A program made the translations under genes and the position numbers. A stretch of DNA of 64,000 nucleotides. Source: Candidatus Poribacteria bacterium. GTDB taxonomy: Bacteria; Poribacteria; WGA-4E; PCPOR2b. The DNA is taken from assembly GCA_965208675.1 (NCBI GenBank), contig OZ242351.1, positions 2,944,001 through 3,008,000 on the forward strand, written 5' to 3'. The notes beneath the pieces were generated by a model that was given only the letters and a program-made list of their open reading frames with translations, was not told where the DNA came from and ran no database searches. This document shows positions 10,296 through 20,416 of this stretch, one piece after another (position 1 is the first letter of the stretch; every line of letters begins with the position of its first letter).

Positions 10296-11567
10296 CTAAC
10301 CTGCAATCAACCGGCGGATGCGTTCGTCAAGTGCTTTTTGATCGGTAGCAAACGAGGCGAGTCCGGCGAGGTTCAAGAGCGTGTCGATCGCAAGTCCACC
10401 TGACTTGACGCGCTCTTCCCAGATTTCATGCTTCGGTATCTTGCCATCGGAAGCGATTTTGTCAAGATCTGCCATGGATAATCTAGGAAACAAATCGCCG
10501 GCACCCATGTCATGCGCCTGTATCACCAACTCTTCCGCCGTCTGAGGCGTATCGGTCGTAATACTTTCAACTAGCCTACGCTCTGATTCTGCAACTTCCC
10601 ACAACGTATGTAGACGCAAATCCGATGCACTGACCTCGTCGTTGAGACGTATCGGATAATCGCTGTCAACTTTGTAGTCCCACTCCCCTGAAAGTTCCTT
10701 TTTGGCAGCAGCAGCAACCTTTACGGGCATCGTGATAACATCAATTCCTGCCAAATCCGCAAGCTGCCCAGCTCCTCGCAAGCTCGCGGCGATTTGTTGC
10801 GTCGGTACTTGAGTACCCTGAGCCAGGTCATTAACGGCTCGTTGGCTCGCAAGTGCAGATTTTTCACCAACCAACCGTCCGTCCCCCAATTGATTGTCAA
10901 CCATGTAAGCATTTAGCCGACCAAGAAACACGTTTACGTACGAAGGCGCGCCAAATGCTGTTGCTATGAAGTTATGCCGCGCACTGAACCCCAAAGTGAA
11001 ATTAACCGGTACGCCTGTTTCTCGTAAACGGCGCGTAGCAATTAGGCCCGCTGGCGTCAGCGGTATTTTGATGATAAAGGCGTCGGGGCAAATATTATAA
11101 TACCGGTGACCATACGATACGCTTCTCTCGATGTCGTGAGCCAAATCCGTATGTAGCTCGACGCTCACTTTGCCGCCGAATCGTTGTGCTAGACGAAGTC
11201 CATGATGGGCATTTAAGACAAACGCAATCTCGATAATTTGTGTCCGCGTATCCAACCCAGAAAGCGTACCGGCAGCTTTCTGAATCAAATCATCGTATAT
11301 ACCCTTTTGCACCTCGGCGTTAAGCAACGTGTTGTTCGTCGTTAGCGCCGTGAATTCGTCGGTCCAAAGCGGTGTTGCTCCGTCAATATCACCTGTGTCA
11401 AGCCAAAGTTCAGTGCCAATGTCACACAACGCGCTCCAAAATGGATCTGATTCGGTGTCAAGACGTTCGCCATGTATATCAGCACCATCCTTTACAAAAT
11501 CGTGGATTGGGTCAACGATATTCACAGCAGGTTCCACCGGCTGCGTTAGTGTGTTTTCGCTAGACAT
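10296..11567 (-). CDS. Transaldolase family protein
   Basis: LWLDTG, LTTNN, VSVE, IKIP (Schiff-base Lys), VNFTLGFS and AASLR motifs. Confidence 0.8.
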   Translation of the reverse strand: MSSENTLTQPVEPAVNIVDPIHDFVKDGADIHGERLDTESDPFWSALCDIGTELWLDTGDIDGATPLWTDEFTALTTNNTLLNAEVQKGIYDDLIQKAAGTLSGLDTRTQIIEIAFVLNAHHGLRLAQRFGGKVSVELHTDLAHDIERSVSYGHRYYNICPDAFIIKIPLTPAGLIATRRLRETGVPVNFTLGFSARHNFIATAFGAPSYVNVFLGRLNAYMVDNQLGDGRLVGEKSALASQRAVNDLAQGTQVPTQQIAASLRGAGQLADLAGIDVITMPVKVAAAAKKELSGEWDYKVDSDYPIRLNDEVSASDLRLHTLWEVAESERRLVESITTDTPQTAEELVIQAHDMGAGDLFPRLSMADLDKIASDGKIPKHEIWEERVKSGGLAIDTLLNLAGLASFATDQKALDERIRRLIAG

Positions 11568-11914
11568 GATCACTCCTTCCAAAATAGAATGTACGAGATG
11601 TAGAAAAAGGGACGCGGAGGGATGTTGCCCGTCCTCATAAAACCCACGGCTGAATAGATTTCGGTCAAGATAGACCCTGTTCCGAAATGGTTGGGGCTAA
11701 AAGATGATAGGTTTGCGATGGTAAATTATACCATTTCTGATAGGAAACTTCCCATAAAATCGATATTATATCCGGTTGAACCTCTCAAAAGAATGGCTAG
11801 GGAAGATAAAGAACATGCGCGAGCAAAAAGATTTTTACGCTCCACTTGCCTCCTGAAACGCATGTGGTGTCTTAGGTGGGCTTACATGCTAATTGATTAT
11901 TCGCATTCCATCAA

Positions 11915-13054
11915 CTAACTGCTGTCAGTTACTTTATTCTGAAAAGCTTCCGCTGCACGAGTATCTTGGCTATCCATTTTCAGTGGTGATTTAAGCGTGC
12001 CGGAATCGCCGCTGCCGCGTATCACCACTGCAGGCTCAACCGCTCTTAGCTGAACTTGATCGTCGACCTTAAACGGACAGCGGTGGTCGGTCTGAACAAT
12101 GTAACCCTGTTCTCCGATTTTGACACGGTAGGTCAAATCATGCCCCTTAAACTCGCGCATCGCAATTTTACCTCGCAAACCATTCGGGTGGACCTCATTG
12201 CAACGCTCAATAGTAAGATGTTCTGGACGAATCGAAAGCAGCACCTTCCCTTCCGCATGGCAATCGAGTGGAAGTCTGCCGAGCGGAGTATCGGCGCAAT
12301 CCCCCTTGGCTTCGCCGGAAATCAGGTTCGTCTTACCAAGAAACTCTGCCACGAACGGCGTTTGGGGACAGTGATAGATTGATTCGGGCGTCCCGATTTG
12401 TTCAATCTGTCCGTTTTGCATTACAGCGATCCGATTGGCCAAACAGAGCGCTTCCTCTTGGTCGTGTGTGACCAACACTGCGCTCATCCCAGTCTTTTTC
12501 AACAACTCCCGCACCTCTTCGCGGGTAGTATGGCGCAACTCAGCATCAAGGTTAGAAAAAGGTTCGTCCAACAGAATTAACCGCGGACCTGGAGCAATTG
12601 ACCGAGCCAATGCGACACGTTGTTGCTCTCCCCCCGAAAGCTCATGAGGTTTCCTGTCTTTGATGGAAATCAGGTCGACCAACTCCATCACCTCTAAACA
12701 TCGCTCGCGAAGCAATTTAGAGGTCAGTTTCCTGAGCCCAAATCCGACATTATCCATGACGCTGAGATGCGGAAAAAGGGCGTAGTCCTGAAAGACAAAT
12801 CCGATCCCCCGTGTATTCGCTGACAGGTGTACTTCCGTGCTTACAAGAAGCCGATCTTCCAGATAAATCTCGCCTGCATCAGGGTGCTCAAAGCCTGCAA
12901 TCACTCGTAAGGTCGTTGTCTTCCCGCAACCGCTCGGTCCCAAAAGCGCGAAAATTTCGCCGGCGTAAACATCAAAACTCACCTGTACCACTACAGGCCC
13001 AAGGTGAGGAGCAAGTTGCTTGGTAAGATTTCGCACACTAAGCAGGGGTTTCAT
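11915..13054 (-). CDS. fbpC: Fe3+ ABC transporter ATP-binding subunit (FbpC-like)
   Basis: GPSGCGKT, FQDYALFPH, LSGGEQQR and LLDEPF motifs, TOBE domain; start taken at MKPLL. Confidence 0.9.
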   Translation of the reverse strand: MKPLLSVRNLTKQLAPHLGPVVVQVSFDVYAGEIFALLGPSGCGKTTTLRVIAGFEHPDAGEIYLEDRLLVSTEVHLSANTRGIGFVFQDYALFPHLSVMDNVGFGLRKLTSKLLRERCLEVMELVDLISIKDRKPHELSGGEQQRVALARSIAPGPRLILLDEPFSNLDAELRHTTREEVRELLKKTGMSAVLVTHDQEEALCLANRIAVMQNGQIEQIGTPESIYHCPQTPFVAEFLGKTNLISGEAKGDCADTPLGRLPLDCHAEGKVLLSIRPEHLTIERCNEVHPNGLRGKIAMREFKGHDLTYRVKIGEQGYIVQTDHRCPFKVDDQVQLRAVEPAVVIRGSGDSGTLKSPLKMDSQDTRAAEAFQNKVTDSS

Positions 13055-14615
13055 GGGAAATCCTTTCCTGGACAAGCAGAAGTCCCACAAACAGTGCCGA
13101 GAATAGCAGAATCGCCAGCGCATACGGCGCCGCTTTCGCAAATTCAACTTCGTTTGTGTAACTCCAGACGTTTACCGCCAACGTCTCGTACCCCGCGGGA
13201 GAGAGCAAGACCGTGAGATGAAGTTCTTTCATGGCAGAGAGAAAAACTAAAGCCGTACTCGCCGTAAGCCCGCCGCGTAAATGCGGAAACGTCGCCTTGA
13301 AAAACGCCCGCAGAGGCGTATAGCCAAGGGACTTAGCTGCCTCCTCCAATCGAGGCGGCGCCTGATAGAGCGCACCTCGGACGGGCCCAATAGATTCAGC
13401 GAGGAAGTGCAATGTGTAGGCAAAAACCAAGACCCAAAGCGTCTGATAAATACCGGATAGTGGTAGCGTGAAGAAGATGAGCGCAAGAGCAAGTGCCACG
13501 GGCGGCGTCGCGTAACCCAAATATGCCACACGTTCTAGGAGTCGGGAGAGGAACGTGGGGTAACGCACGCCCAAATATGCGAGCGGCACCGCGAAACAAG
13601 TGGAGAGAAGCGCAGCGGGAGCGGAAGCAAAGACTGATCCAGAGAGCGCCTCGTACAGGGATTGAATATTTGAAGGTACATTTTCCTTCAGCATCCAGAA
13701 ACAGATTGTGACAGTCGGTAGAATTACGCTTGCGGATGCTAAAACGCCAAGGAAAATGTATGCAGGCCCCTGCCAAGCACCAAGCGGAATTAACGGCACT
13801 TTTCGTGGCGGACCGCTTCCCGTGCGGTGAAGTTTAGCGCCGCGCAACAGTTTAGCCTCTATGGCGATGAAGACGCCGGCAAGTGCGAGAAGCATCAATG
13901 CCAGCCAAGCCGCGTAGGTGCGGTCGAAGGACTGCCTTTGCGAGTAAAGCGCGTAACTATAGGTTTCGTAGCCCATCAATGAAACCACGCCAAAATCTCC
14001 GAGAACGTGCAGCCCGACGATTAGCCCGCCAGCGTAAAGCGTCGGGCGAAGTTGCGGCATAACCACATATCGGGAAACTTCCCATGTCCTGTATCCCAAA
14101 CTTTGCGCAGATTCTTCAAGCGCGGCGTCAAGTCCCAACAACGCTGAACGTATATTCATGAAAAGATATGGAAACGTGCAGAAACTTAGTGCAATGAGCG
14201 CACCCCAAAAACCGCTAAGACGCGGTAACCTAAACCCGAATAGACTCGCTACAACTCCATCGGGTCCGCTCAGTCCCAACAGTGTGTACGCCATTACGTA
14301 ACCCGGAATCGCCAGCGGCAATACACCCAACAAGGTAAAAATCCGGTTGCCTCTGAGTTCCGCGCGGGTGGTGAGCCACGCAAGAGGCGTTGCCAATAAC
14401 CCGCCGACGGCAAGGACCCCAGCGGCAAGGAGAAATGTATTCACAAAGAGGTACAGATTTCTCGCGCGGAAGACTATCTGAGTGAGATCGGCTGCTTCTG
14501 CTTGGAAGGCTCGGACGAGCAGGTAAGCCAACGGCAAGAGAACCCCTGTTCCTACCGCAATCGCAGGAAGCGTTAAGTACCAGGGAGAAAGTTGGCGCGC
14601 GAGAAGAATTCTCAT
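13038..14615 (-). CDS. fbpB: Fe3+ ABC transporter permease (FbpB-like)
   Basis: Duplicated TM domains with LEESAQSLG and LEEAAKSLG EAA motifs. Confidence 0.9.
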   Translation of the reverse strand: MRILLARQLSPWYLTLPAIAVGTGVLLPLAYLLVRAFQAEAADLTQIVFRARNLYLFVNTFLLAAGVLAVGGLLATPLAWLTTRAELRGNRIFTLLGVLPLAIPGYVMAYTLLGLSGPDGVVASLFGFRLPRLSGFWGALIALSFCTFPYLFMNIRSALLGLDAALEESAQSLGYRTWEVSRYVVMPQLRPTLYAGGLIVGLHVLGDFGVVSLMGYETYSYALYSQRQSFDRTYAAWLALMLLALAGVFIAIEAKLLRGAKLHRTGSGPPRKVPLIPLGAWQGPAYIFLGVLASASVILPTVTICFWMLKENVPSNIQSLYEALSGSVFASAPAALLSTCFAVPLAYLGVRYPTFLSRLLERVAYLGYATPPVALALALIFFTLPLSGIYQTLWVLVFAYTLHFLAESIGPVRGALYQAPPRLEEAAKSLGYTPLRAFFKATFPHLRGGLTASTALVFLSAMKELHLTVLLSPAGYETLAVNVWSYTNEVEFAKAAPYALAILLFSALFVGLLLVQERISHETPA

Positions 14616-15610
14616 AGCAGACCGACCTTCCTCAATAGTTTCAGCGTACCATCCAGATCGTCTAAATCCTCTAGGTTTAGCGCTGGTATCTGATTGAGAA
14701 GGTCGTCCAGAGACAGCAGTTGGGCGTTGGGAATCACCTTATCCGTAACCGGGTACTCGAAGACTTCGCTCGTAAAGAACTGCTGTGCTTTGATGGATAT
14801 TAAAAACTCGATGAAAGCCAACGCTTCTTCAGACCGCTTACTGCTCTTCAGTAGCGCAATGCCAGCCACGTTGACTAGATTTCCCGCGTCGCCGGCTTTG
14901 AAGAAGGTCTGATCGACCGGGAACTTTGCATTGCCCTTTTTGAAGCGCAAGAGATAGTAGTGGTTTGGCAATCCTAAATCAATCTCTCCAGCGGCAAGCG
15001 CCTGGATAATCGGGGTGTTCTTCGCATAATTTTTGGTTTTGTTTTCCCTCATAGCTCGCAGCCAGCTCTCGGTTTTCTTCTCGCCTTCCAAAACTCGCAT
15101 TGCGGTTACGAAAGCTTGGAACGATGCGTTCTGTGGCGCCCAACCGATTCGGCCCTTCCACATGGGATGGGTGAGGTCAAATATACTATCGGGTAACGCT
15201 TTCGGGTTGACGCGTTCCGGCGAGTAGGCAAGAACGCGCGCTCGGCCGCTGGTTGCAACCCACGTGCCGTCAACGTTTCGAAAGCGTTCTGGAGATTCGG
15301 ATAAAATCCTGTCGGGCAATCGGCTGAAGATATTTTGCTTGCTCAACGCACCCAGTGCGCCGGCATCCTGAGCCCAAAACAGATCTGACGGGCTCTTTGC
15401 GCCCTCTTCCAGTATAGCAACCGCCAACTGGGCGGTGTCGCCGTATCGAACTTTGACTTCTGTACCGTTCTCCTTCTCAAACTGTTTAATGATTGGCTCG
15501 ACTAGACTTTTGCTTCTCCCGGAATACATCACCAATTCCTTGGCATCTGTTGTTCCGAATATTGTTGCACTTAAAAGTAAACCTAAAATTCCAGCGGAAT
15601 ATCTCAACAT
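14612..15610 (-). CDS. fbpA: Fe3+ ABC transporter substrate-binding protein (FbpA/FutA-like)
   Basis: Signal peptide; YSGR, SPSDLFWAQDAG, SGRARV and NHYY (iron-ligand tyrosines); GGAGA RBS. Confidence 0.9.
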   Translation of the reverse strand: MLRYSAGILGLLLSATIFGTTDAKELVMYSGRSKSLVEPIIKQFEKENGTEVKVRYGDTAQLAVAILEEGAKSPSDLFWAQDAGALGALSKQNIFSRLPDRILSESPERFRNVDGTWVATSGRARVLAYSPERVNPKALPDSIFDLTHPMWKGRIGWAPQNASFQAFVTAMRVLEGEKKTESWLRAMRENKTKNYAKNTPIIQALAAGEIDLGLPNHYYLLRFKKGNAKFPVDQTFFKAGDAGNLVNVAGIALLKSSKRSEEALAFIEFLISIKAQQFFTSEVFEYPVTDKVIPNAQLLSLDDLLNQIPALNLEDLDDLDGTLKLLRKVGLL

Positions 15611-15671
15611 TGTAATCTCCCGTTGCTGTAATATTGGATTCAAGGCGCAAAGGGATTTATAGCTTCCCCAC

Positions 15672-15701
15672 TTGACATCTAGAACCACGCTCAACTATAC
15701 T
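15672..15701 (+). promoter_or_regulatory. sigma70-like promoter of bfr
   Basis: TTGACA-N18-TATACT, 70 nt upstream of the bfr ATG. Confidence 0.6.
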
Positions 15702-15770
15702 ATTATGTGTGTACTCAAATTTGAACGGTTCTCATAAAGGCTAACACTTCCAAGCGTAAAGGAGAAAACA

Positions 15771-16250
15771 ATGGACGGCCATCCCGAAATCATCGAAGTA
15801 CTTAACGAAGTATTAACATCCGAACTAACTGCAATCAATCAATATTTTGCCCACTCCGAAATTTGTGAAAATTGGCAATACCATCATCTCCACCAAGCTA
15901 TTCGTGAGCATGCGATCGGAGAAATGAGGCACGCCGAAAAACTTATCGCGCGGATTCTGTATCTCAACGGAATGCCTAACATGATGCGGTATTTTGAGAT
16001 TAGGATTGGCACGACTGTCGAAGAAATGATGGATAACGACCTTGACCTTGAGAAAGAAGCTGTTGAGCGGCTGAATGAATTCATTGAACTCGCTATTACC
16101 CACAAAGACGCCGGTTCACGAGAACTTCTAGAGGAGATTCTCAAAGATGAGGAAGACCACGTCGACTGGATTGAAGCCCAGTTAGATCAGATTAACCAAA
16201 TGGGAATCCAAAACTACCTTGCACAACAGGTTGGCACCGACGAAGCTTAA
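15771..16250 (+). CDS. bfr: Bacterioferritin
   Basis: ELTAINQYFAH, EMRHA (heme Met), LEKEA, EEDHVDWIE and IQNYL motifs; AAGGAG RBS. Confidence 0.96.
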   Translation: MDGHPEIIEVLNEVLTSELTAINQYFAHSEICENWQYHHLHQAIREHAIGEMRHAEKLIARILYLNGMPNMMRYFEIRIGTTVEEMMDNDLDLEKEAVERLNEFIELAITHKDAGSRELLEEILKDEEDHVDWIEAQLDQINQMGIQNYLAQQVGTDEA

Positions 16251-16397
16251 CCAGCTCCGCTCCAAACAGTAGCAAGTCGCTTACCCCAAGGTAACAGCAG
16301 GATCACTCTTGAACGAGTTGCCGGGCGCACCCATTACCTTCCAACCCAAACCACCGAATTGACTTTCGCCCTCGCTTTGAAAAAGTTGCCAAAATAT

Positions 16398-16416
16398 GAT
16401 AATGAGACTCAGTTTC
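16398..16416. promoter_or_regulatory. Fur box-like operator
   Basis: GATAATGAGACTCAGTTTC matches the E. coli Fur consensus GATAATGATAATCATTATC at 15/19 positions. Confidence 0.65.
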
Positions 16417-16435
16417 ACTTGCTCGCCAAGTCGTA

Positions 16436-16465
16436 ATTATAGCACTTACATCAATTGCATGTCAA
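16436..16465 (-). promoter_or_regulatory. Consensus sigma70 promoter firing antisense to bfr
   Basis: Minus strand TTGACA-N18-TATAAT with extended TGn (TTGACAtgcaattgatgtaagTGcTATAAT). Confidence 0.65.
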
Positions 16466-16511
16466 AGATTTTTGAACCGCCTCATTCAAGAACGGAATAC
16501 TCCGCTTGAAT

Positions 16512-16544
16512 AGAAACGAGTTTTTCGCAAAAAACCTGGTTGCT
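16512..16544. repeat. GAAACC-type imperfect palindromic repeat
   Basis: agaaacgagtttttcgcaaaaaacctggttgct; related copy at 38477-38510. Confidence 0.4.
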
Positions 16545-16609
16545 GTTGCACAATCACAATTTTGTGTCGGTGCTCGCCGCATAAATCGCTTGCCGTATCC
16601 TGAATGCAC

Positions 16610-17197
16610 TCAGTTTTTTCCAACATTCCCACCGAATTTGATGTTAGACCGCTCTGCTGCAGCAGCAACCTCACGCACAATTCTCATGGTTAATTCGGCT
16701 AAGTTCTGTGCGAACATTTGACTCCCGTTATTCGATTCTGCAACCTCGCGGTAGCGGGTGCCGCTACGTAACGTTGTCAACCGATGATTCGCAATGCCGA
16801 GTGCGCTCGCAACTAGTTCGGTGGGCACATGAAGCGTATCCGTCGAAGGTGTTACACCTGTTGTCAGTTCAACTTGTGTGTTGGCTTCAGAAGATTGCGC
16901 CGCTATTTGCTCACCATCAAGGGGATTCCCCGCCAAAAAAGCTTCTTGGCGGGACTCAATAACCTCAATAACCTGTTCGGCCGCCGCTTGTTCCGCAAGT
17001 CGCTTTGAGCCGGAAATCGGCGCAGGAGTAATGTAACTAGATTGTCCGTACTTAACGGTTACAATCCAGCTAGGCGAGTCCGGTTTTCCCTGTTGTCTAG
17101 ATTCGTACAACGGTTCTCCAAGGTTCCTCGTATGACAGAGTTGTTGAAGCACCCCTTTGTAATTCTGAATTTCACTCTGAGTTGTCATCTCTGACAT
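16610..17197 (-). CDS. Stand-alone double-stranded RNA-binding domain protein
   Basis: N-terminal NYKGVLQQLC...PLYE...G...W.VTV...GSKRLAEQAAAE dsRBD signature; no RNase III catalytic motif. Confidence 0.75.
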   Translation of the reverse strand: MSEMTTQSEIQNYKGVLQQLCHTRNLGEPLYESRQQGKPDSPSWIVTVKYGQSSYITPAPISGSKRLAEQAAAEQVIEVIESRQEAFLAGNPLDGEQIAAQSSEANTQVELTTGVTPSTDTLHVPTELVASALGIANHRLTTLRSGTRYREVAESNNGSQMFAQNLAELTMRIVREVAAAAERSNIKFGGNVGKN

Positions 17198-17300
17198 ATG
17201 AATCTCCCAATTAAATCTGAAAAGGCGATGAAAAGGTGTTTTACTATAGATAGTGGCTCTTAATCGACATAGATTGCGATTAGCGTAAATATGTTAGTGC

Positions 17301-18938
17301 TTAAACCGGCTCATATCTCAACATCGGTTCATTGCGGCGAACCACGAGGTGTTTTCGCCAATTTGTGTCATCTCTTTCGGAGTAGTCCTCCCGATAATGC
17401 CCGCCGCGGCTTTCGGTACGCGCTATAGCTATGCGTGTTATCAACCTCGCTACTTCAAGCATATTCTGCAACTCAAGTGCTTCAATTTGATTTCCCGATA
17501 TCGACTGATCCAATGGTGCTAACGCATCGGCAACTTTCTTCAGGTCTCCGCCATTTCTGAGTATACCGGCGTGTCTCCACATTAGCTCTCGGATCATTTC
17601 TTGGGCAGTGTTGATATCAACGGACGGATTGGATGTGTCATTGAATTTATCGCTGCTGGATTCTGATTCGTCATTCGACTGAATCCGAACACTCGCGTGC
17701 ACTTGTGTGTCCAATTTTCCCGCGTATTTAGCCGCGGCTTTTCCCGCACGTGTGCCAAAAACTATACACTCAAGCAATGAATTACTTGCGAGCCGATTCG
17801 CGCCATGGACCCCTGTGCACGCAACCTCACCACAGGCGGTAAGGCCGCGAATGCCCGTCTCGGCATTCATATTGGTTCGAACACCGCCCATCATGAAATG
17901 TGCTCCAGGTCGAACCGGGATTAAATCCGTGGTAATGTCAATACCGTACTGATTGCACGTATGGTAGATTGTCGGGAAGCGGTTCTGTATGAAATTCGGC
18001 GATAGGTGTGTGATATCCAAGTAGACGCAGGGTGAATCTGTCAATTCCATTTCACTAAGGTTGGCGCGGCTCACCACATCTCGTGGCGCAAGTTCTTCCA
18101 ATTCGTGGTATTTGCCCATAAACCGTTCGCCGCGCCCGCTGATTAAGGTTCCGCCCTCGCCCCGCAAGGCTTCGGAGATTAAGAAATGGGGGGCTCCCAT
18201 CAGGAACAACGTAGTAGGATGAAATTGGACAAATTCCATGTCCATCATTTCACAACCCGCCCGCCAAGCCAGGGCGAAACCGTCGCCCGTTGCGACTTCT
18301 GGGTTCGACGTGCATTGATAGATTCGCCCAAGCCCACCTGCTGCGAGGATTGTGGCTTTGGCAAAGATGCAGTGCAGGGTGCTATCAATGAGGGCGGCCA
18401 CTCCGTAGCAGGTGTTGTCCTGTGTCATGAAATCAACCGCGAAGGCGTGCTCAATAACTTGTATCCGTTTTTGTTTCTTGAGATGCGTGACTAAAACCTG
18501 CGTGGTTTCTGCGCCAGTAGCATCGCCTCGGTGAACTATACGCCGGCGTTGATGCGCCGCTTCTTGCGTGAAACCGAGCGTTTCACCCTCCTTGTCGAAA
18601 TTTGCGCCCCATTGAATTAGTTCCGATACCCGTTCAATGCCCTCCTCAACCATGATTTGTACAGCAATCTCATTGCAGAGCCCAACTCCCGCTTTAAGCG
18701 TATCTTCGACATGGAACCCGATTTCGTCATCCTCACTCATCGCAACGGCGATGCCGCCTTGTGCATACCGCGTGCTGCTCTCTTGAAGCGCGCCTTTTGT
18801 AATCAACACAACATCCCCGTGGCGATTGGCTTCAATGGCTGCCCTTAATCCAGCGCTGCCGCTTCCGATTACCAAAAAATCGGTGTCGATCCGCGGCAAC
18901 TCCGCAGAATCAAAATTGATGAGATATCGGCGACTCAT
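17301..18938 (-). CDS. nadB: L-aspartate oxidase
   Basis: GSGSAGL, YAQGGIA, EFVQFHPT, ISEALRGEGG, ELAPRDVV, GVHGANRLASNSLLE and ESRGGH motifs. Confidence 0.95.
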   Translation of the reverse strand: MSRRYLINFDSAELPRIDTDFLVIGSGSAGLRAAIEANRHGDVVLITKGALQESSTRYAQGGIAVAMSEDDEIGFHVEDTLKAGVGLCNEIAVQIMVEEGIERVSELIQWGANFDKEGETLGFTQEAAHQRRRIVHRGDATGAETTQVLVTHLKKQKRIQVIEHAFAVDFMTQDNTCYGVAALIDSTLHCIFAKATILAAGGLGRIYQCTSNPEVATGDGFALAWRAGCEMMDMEFVQFHPTTLFLMGAPHFLISEALRGEGGTLISGRGERFMGKYHELEELAPRDVVSRANLSEMELTDSPCVYLDITHLSPNFIQNRFPTIYHTCNQYGIDITTDLIPVRPGAHFMMGGVRTNMNAETGIRGLTACGEVACTGVHGANRLASNSLLECIVFGTRAGKAAAKYAGKLDTQVHASVRIQSNDESESSSDKFNDTSNPSVDINTAQEMIRELMWRHAGILRNGGDLKKVADALAPLDQSISGNQIEALELQNMLEVARLITRIAIARTESRGGHYREDYSERDDTNWRKHLVVRRNEPMLRYEPV

Positions 18939-19026
18939 TTGGCTCTAATGCGATTCGGCAATCGCAAATGACATCCTTTCGAAACAGTTTGCCTAGATTG
19001 TCCAAACGGCGTAAAGTGAACAGTGC

Positions 19027-19440
19027 CTAGAAAACCCCAGCGACCTTCATAACTTTTCCGGTTCCTTCTGCAATCTGTGTTCCATCCTGCAGTTTAATCT
19101 CCGCAACAACCTCAATGAGCCGCTTTCCGGCTTTCAGGCGATTGGCTGTCACGAGAAGCTTCTGTCCGGCGCGTGCGGGATTTTTGAATCGAATATCGAG
19201 TTGCGCAGTCACCGCAGGCCCATCAAAATTAGCGATGCCCACGTACGTTATCGCCTCATCCAATAACGTGCTTAAGATACCGCCGTGCACGATATTTGTC
19301 CACCCGTGGAAGTGCTCCGGCGGGATACATTCAATCTTAACCTGCGTCCCGTCCGGCGAAATATCAGGATGGACTTGCAAACCAAATGGGTTCTCTTTAC
19401 CACAAGCGAAACAGCGGTTGTTGTTCTCAACACGCATCAT
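19027..19440 (-). CDS. PaaI family hotdog thioesterase
   Basis: CFACGKENPFGL and HGGILSTLLDE motifs. Confidence 0.88.
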   Translation of the reverse strand: MMRVENNNRCFACGKENPFGLQVHPDISPDGTQVKIECIPPEHFHGWTNIVHGGILSTLLDEAITYVGIANFDGPAVTAQLDIRFKNPARAGQKLLVTANRLKAGKRLIEVVAEIKLQDGTQIAEGTGKVMKVAGVF

Positions 19441-19512
19441 GAACCGTTCCTGATGATTCCGTCGAATCCGATTTCTTTCTGCCTAACGCGTGCCATGCGT
19501 GCGGGGAAATAT

Positions 19513-20388
19513 TCATGCAAGATTATGGGTGCCAAAGTCGAACCGTTCAAGATACTCGTTTATCTTTTTTGCCATGAACTTCGCCGACTCCTCGGCTTTA
19601 TCCGGCCACGCAAAAACTGAGTTGGTCATAACGCCGTCAAAACCGACCTCCTGAAGCGTACGGAAAAACATCTCCCAGTCAATGTCTCCCTCCCCAATGT
19701 TTAGATGTTGATGAATGCGGACTGTGGATTCAAGAGGATTGACGATATAACGAACCGGAATCCGGTGATCGAGCGTATCGGCGACATGGACGTGATCCAG
19801 TACCGGCGCCGCGTAGCGAATCATCTCGGTCATATTACCGCCCATGTGATAAGTGTGGGGCGCACAATACAGGTATCTGACATAGGGCGACCCAATTGCA
19901 CGGATAATGTCTACTGCACTATTTCCATCTTCAACAAAGTCGCCCGGATGCGGTTCAATCGCCATGGTGATGTTTTCCCGTTCAAGAATAGGAATAATAT
20001 CCTCCATGGAACGCCAGAACGCTGCGTCACACGCTTCCGGCGTGTCCGGGTTGCCGCTAAACTCCGAGTTGAGGTGGGAGCACTCAAGCTCAACTGCCAC
20101 CTGAATCGCTTTTTCCCAGTAGTTGACAGCCGCTGCGCGTGCTTCGGCGTTGTCGGGTTCAGACCACCGGTACACTGTCCACATCGAGGCTAGTCCGACG
20201 TTGTAGTTGCGCAATGCACGCTTCAACTCGGCAATATTATCTCGATTTGCTCTGGGGCTTATGAACAAGGGTAAGAAATCGTCGCGCGGTGACAGTTCAA
20301 TCCACTGGTGTTGGGTTTCAGCGGCGAACCGGCAAACTTCAGTCAGCGAACGGTCTCGTATCATCCAGGGGTCAAGCGCAATTTGCAT
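19513..20388 (-). CDS. Sugar phosphate isomerase/epimerase (IolH-like TIM barrel)
   Basis: IALDP, IELSPR, EPHPGDF, YCAPH, HVADT and HQHL motifs. Confidence 0.85.
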   Translation of the reverse strand: MQIALDPWMIRDRSLTEVCRFAAETQHQWIELSPRDDFLPLFISPRANRDNIAELKRALRNYNVGLASMWTVYRWSEPDNAEARAAAVNYWEKAIQVAVELECSHLNSEFSGNPDTPEACDAAFWRSMEDIIPILERENITMAIEPHPGDFVEDGNSAVDIIRAIGSPYVRYLYCAPHTYHMGGNMTEMIRYAAPVLDHVHVADTLDHRIPVRYIVNPLESTVRIHQHLNIGEGDIDWEMFFRTLQEVGFDGVMTNSVFAWPDKAEESAKFMAKKINEYLERFDFGTHNLA

Positions 20389-20416
20389 GTGTCTTCTCTG
20401 TCGGCAGGTGGGCGGC

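Noticed and set aside
15720-15734. Second Fur-like site in the bfr leader (TTTGAACGGTTCTCA)
   Set aside because: Only one good half-site; too weak to call without a genome-derived matrix.
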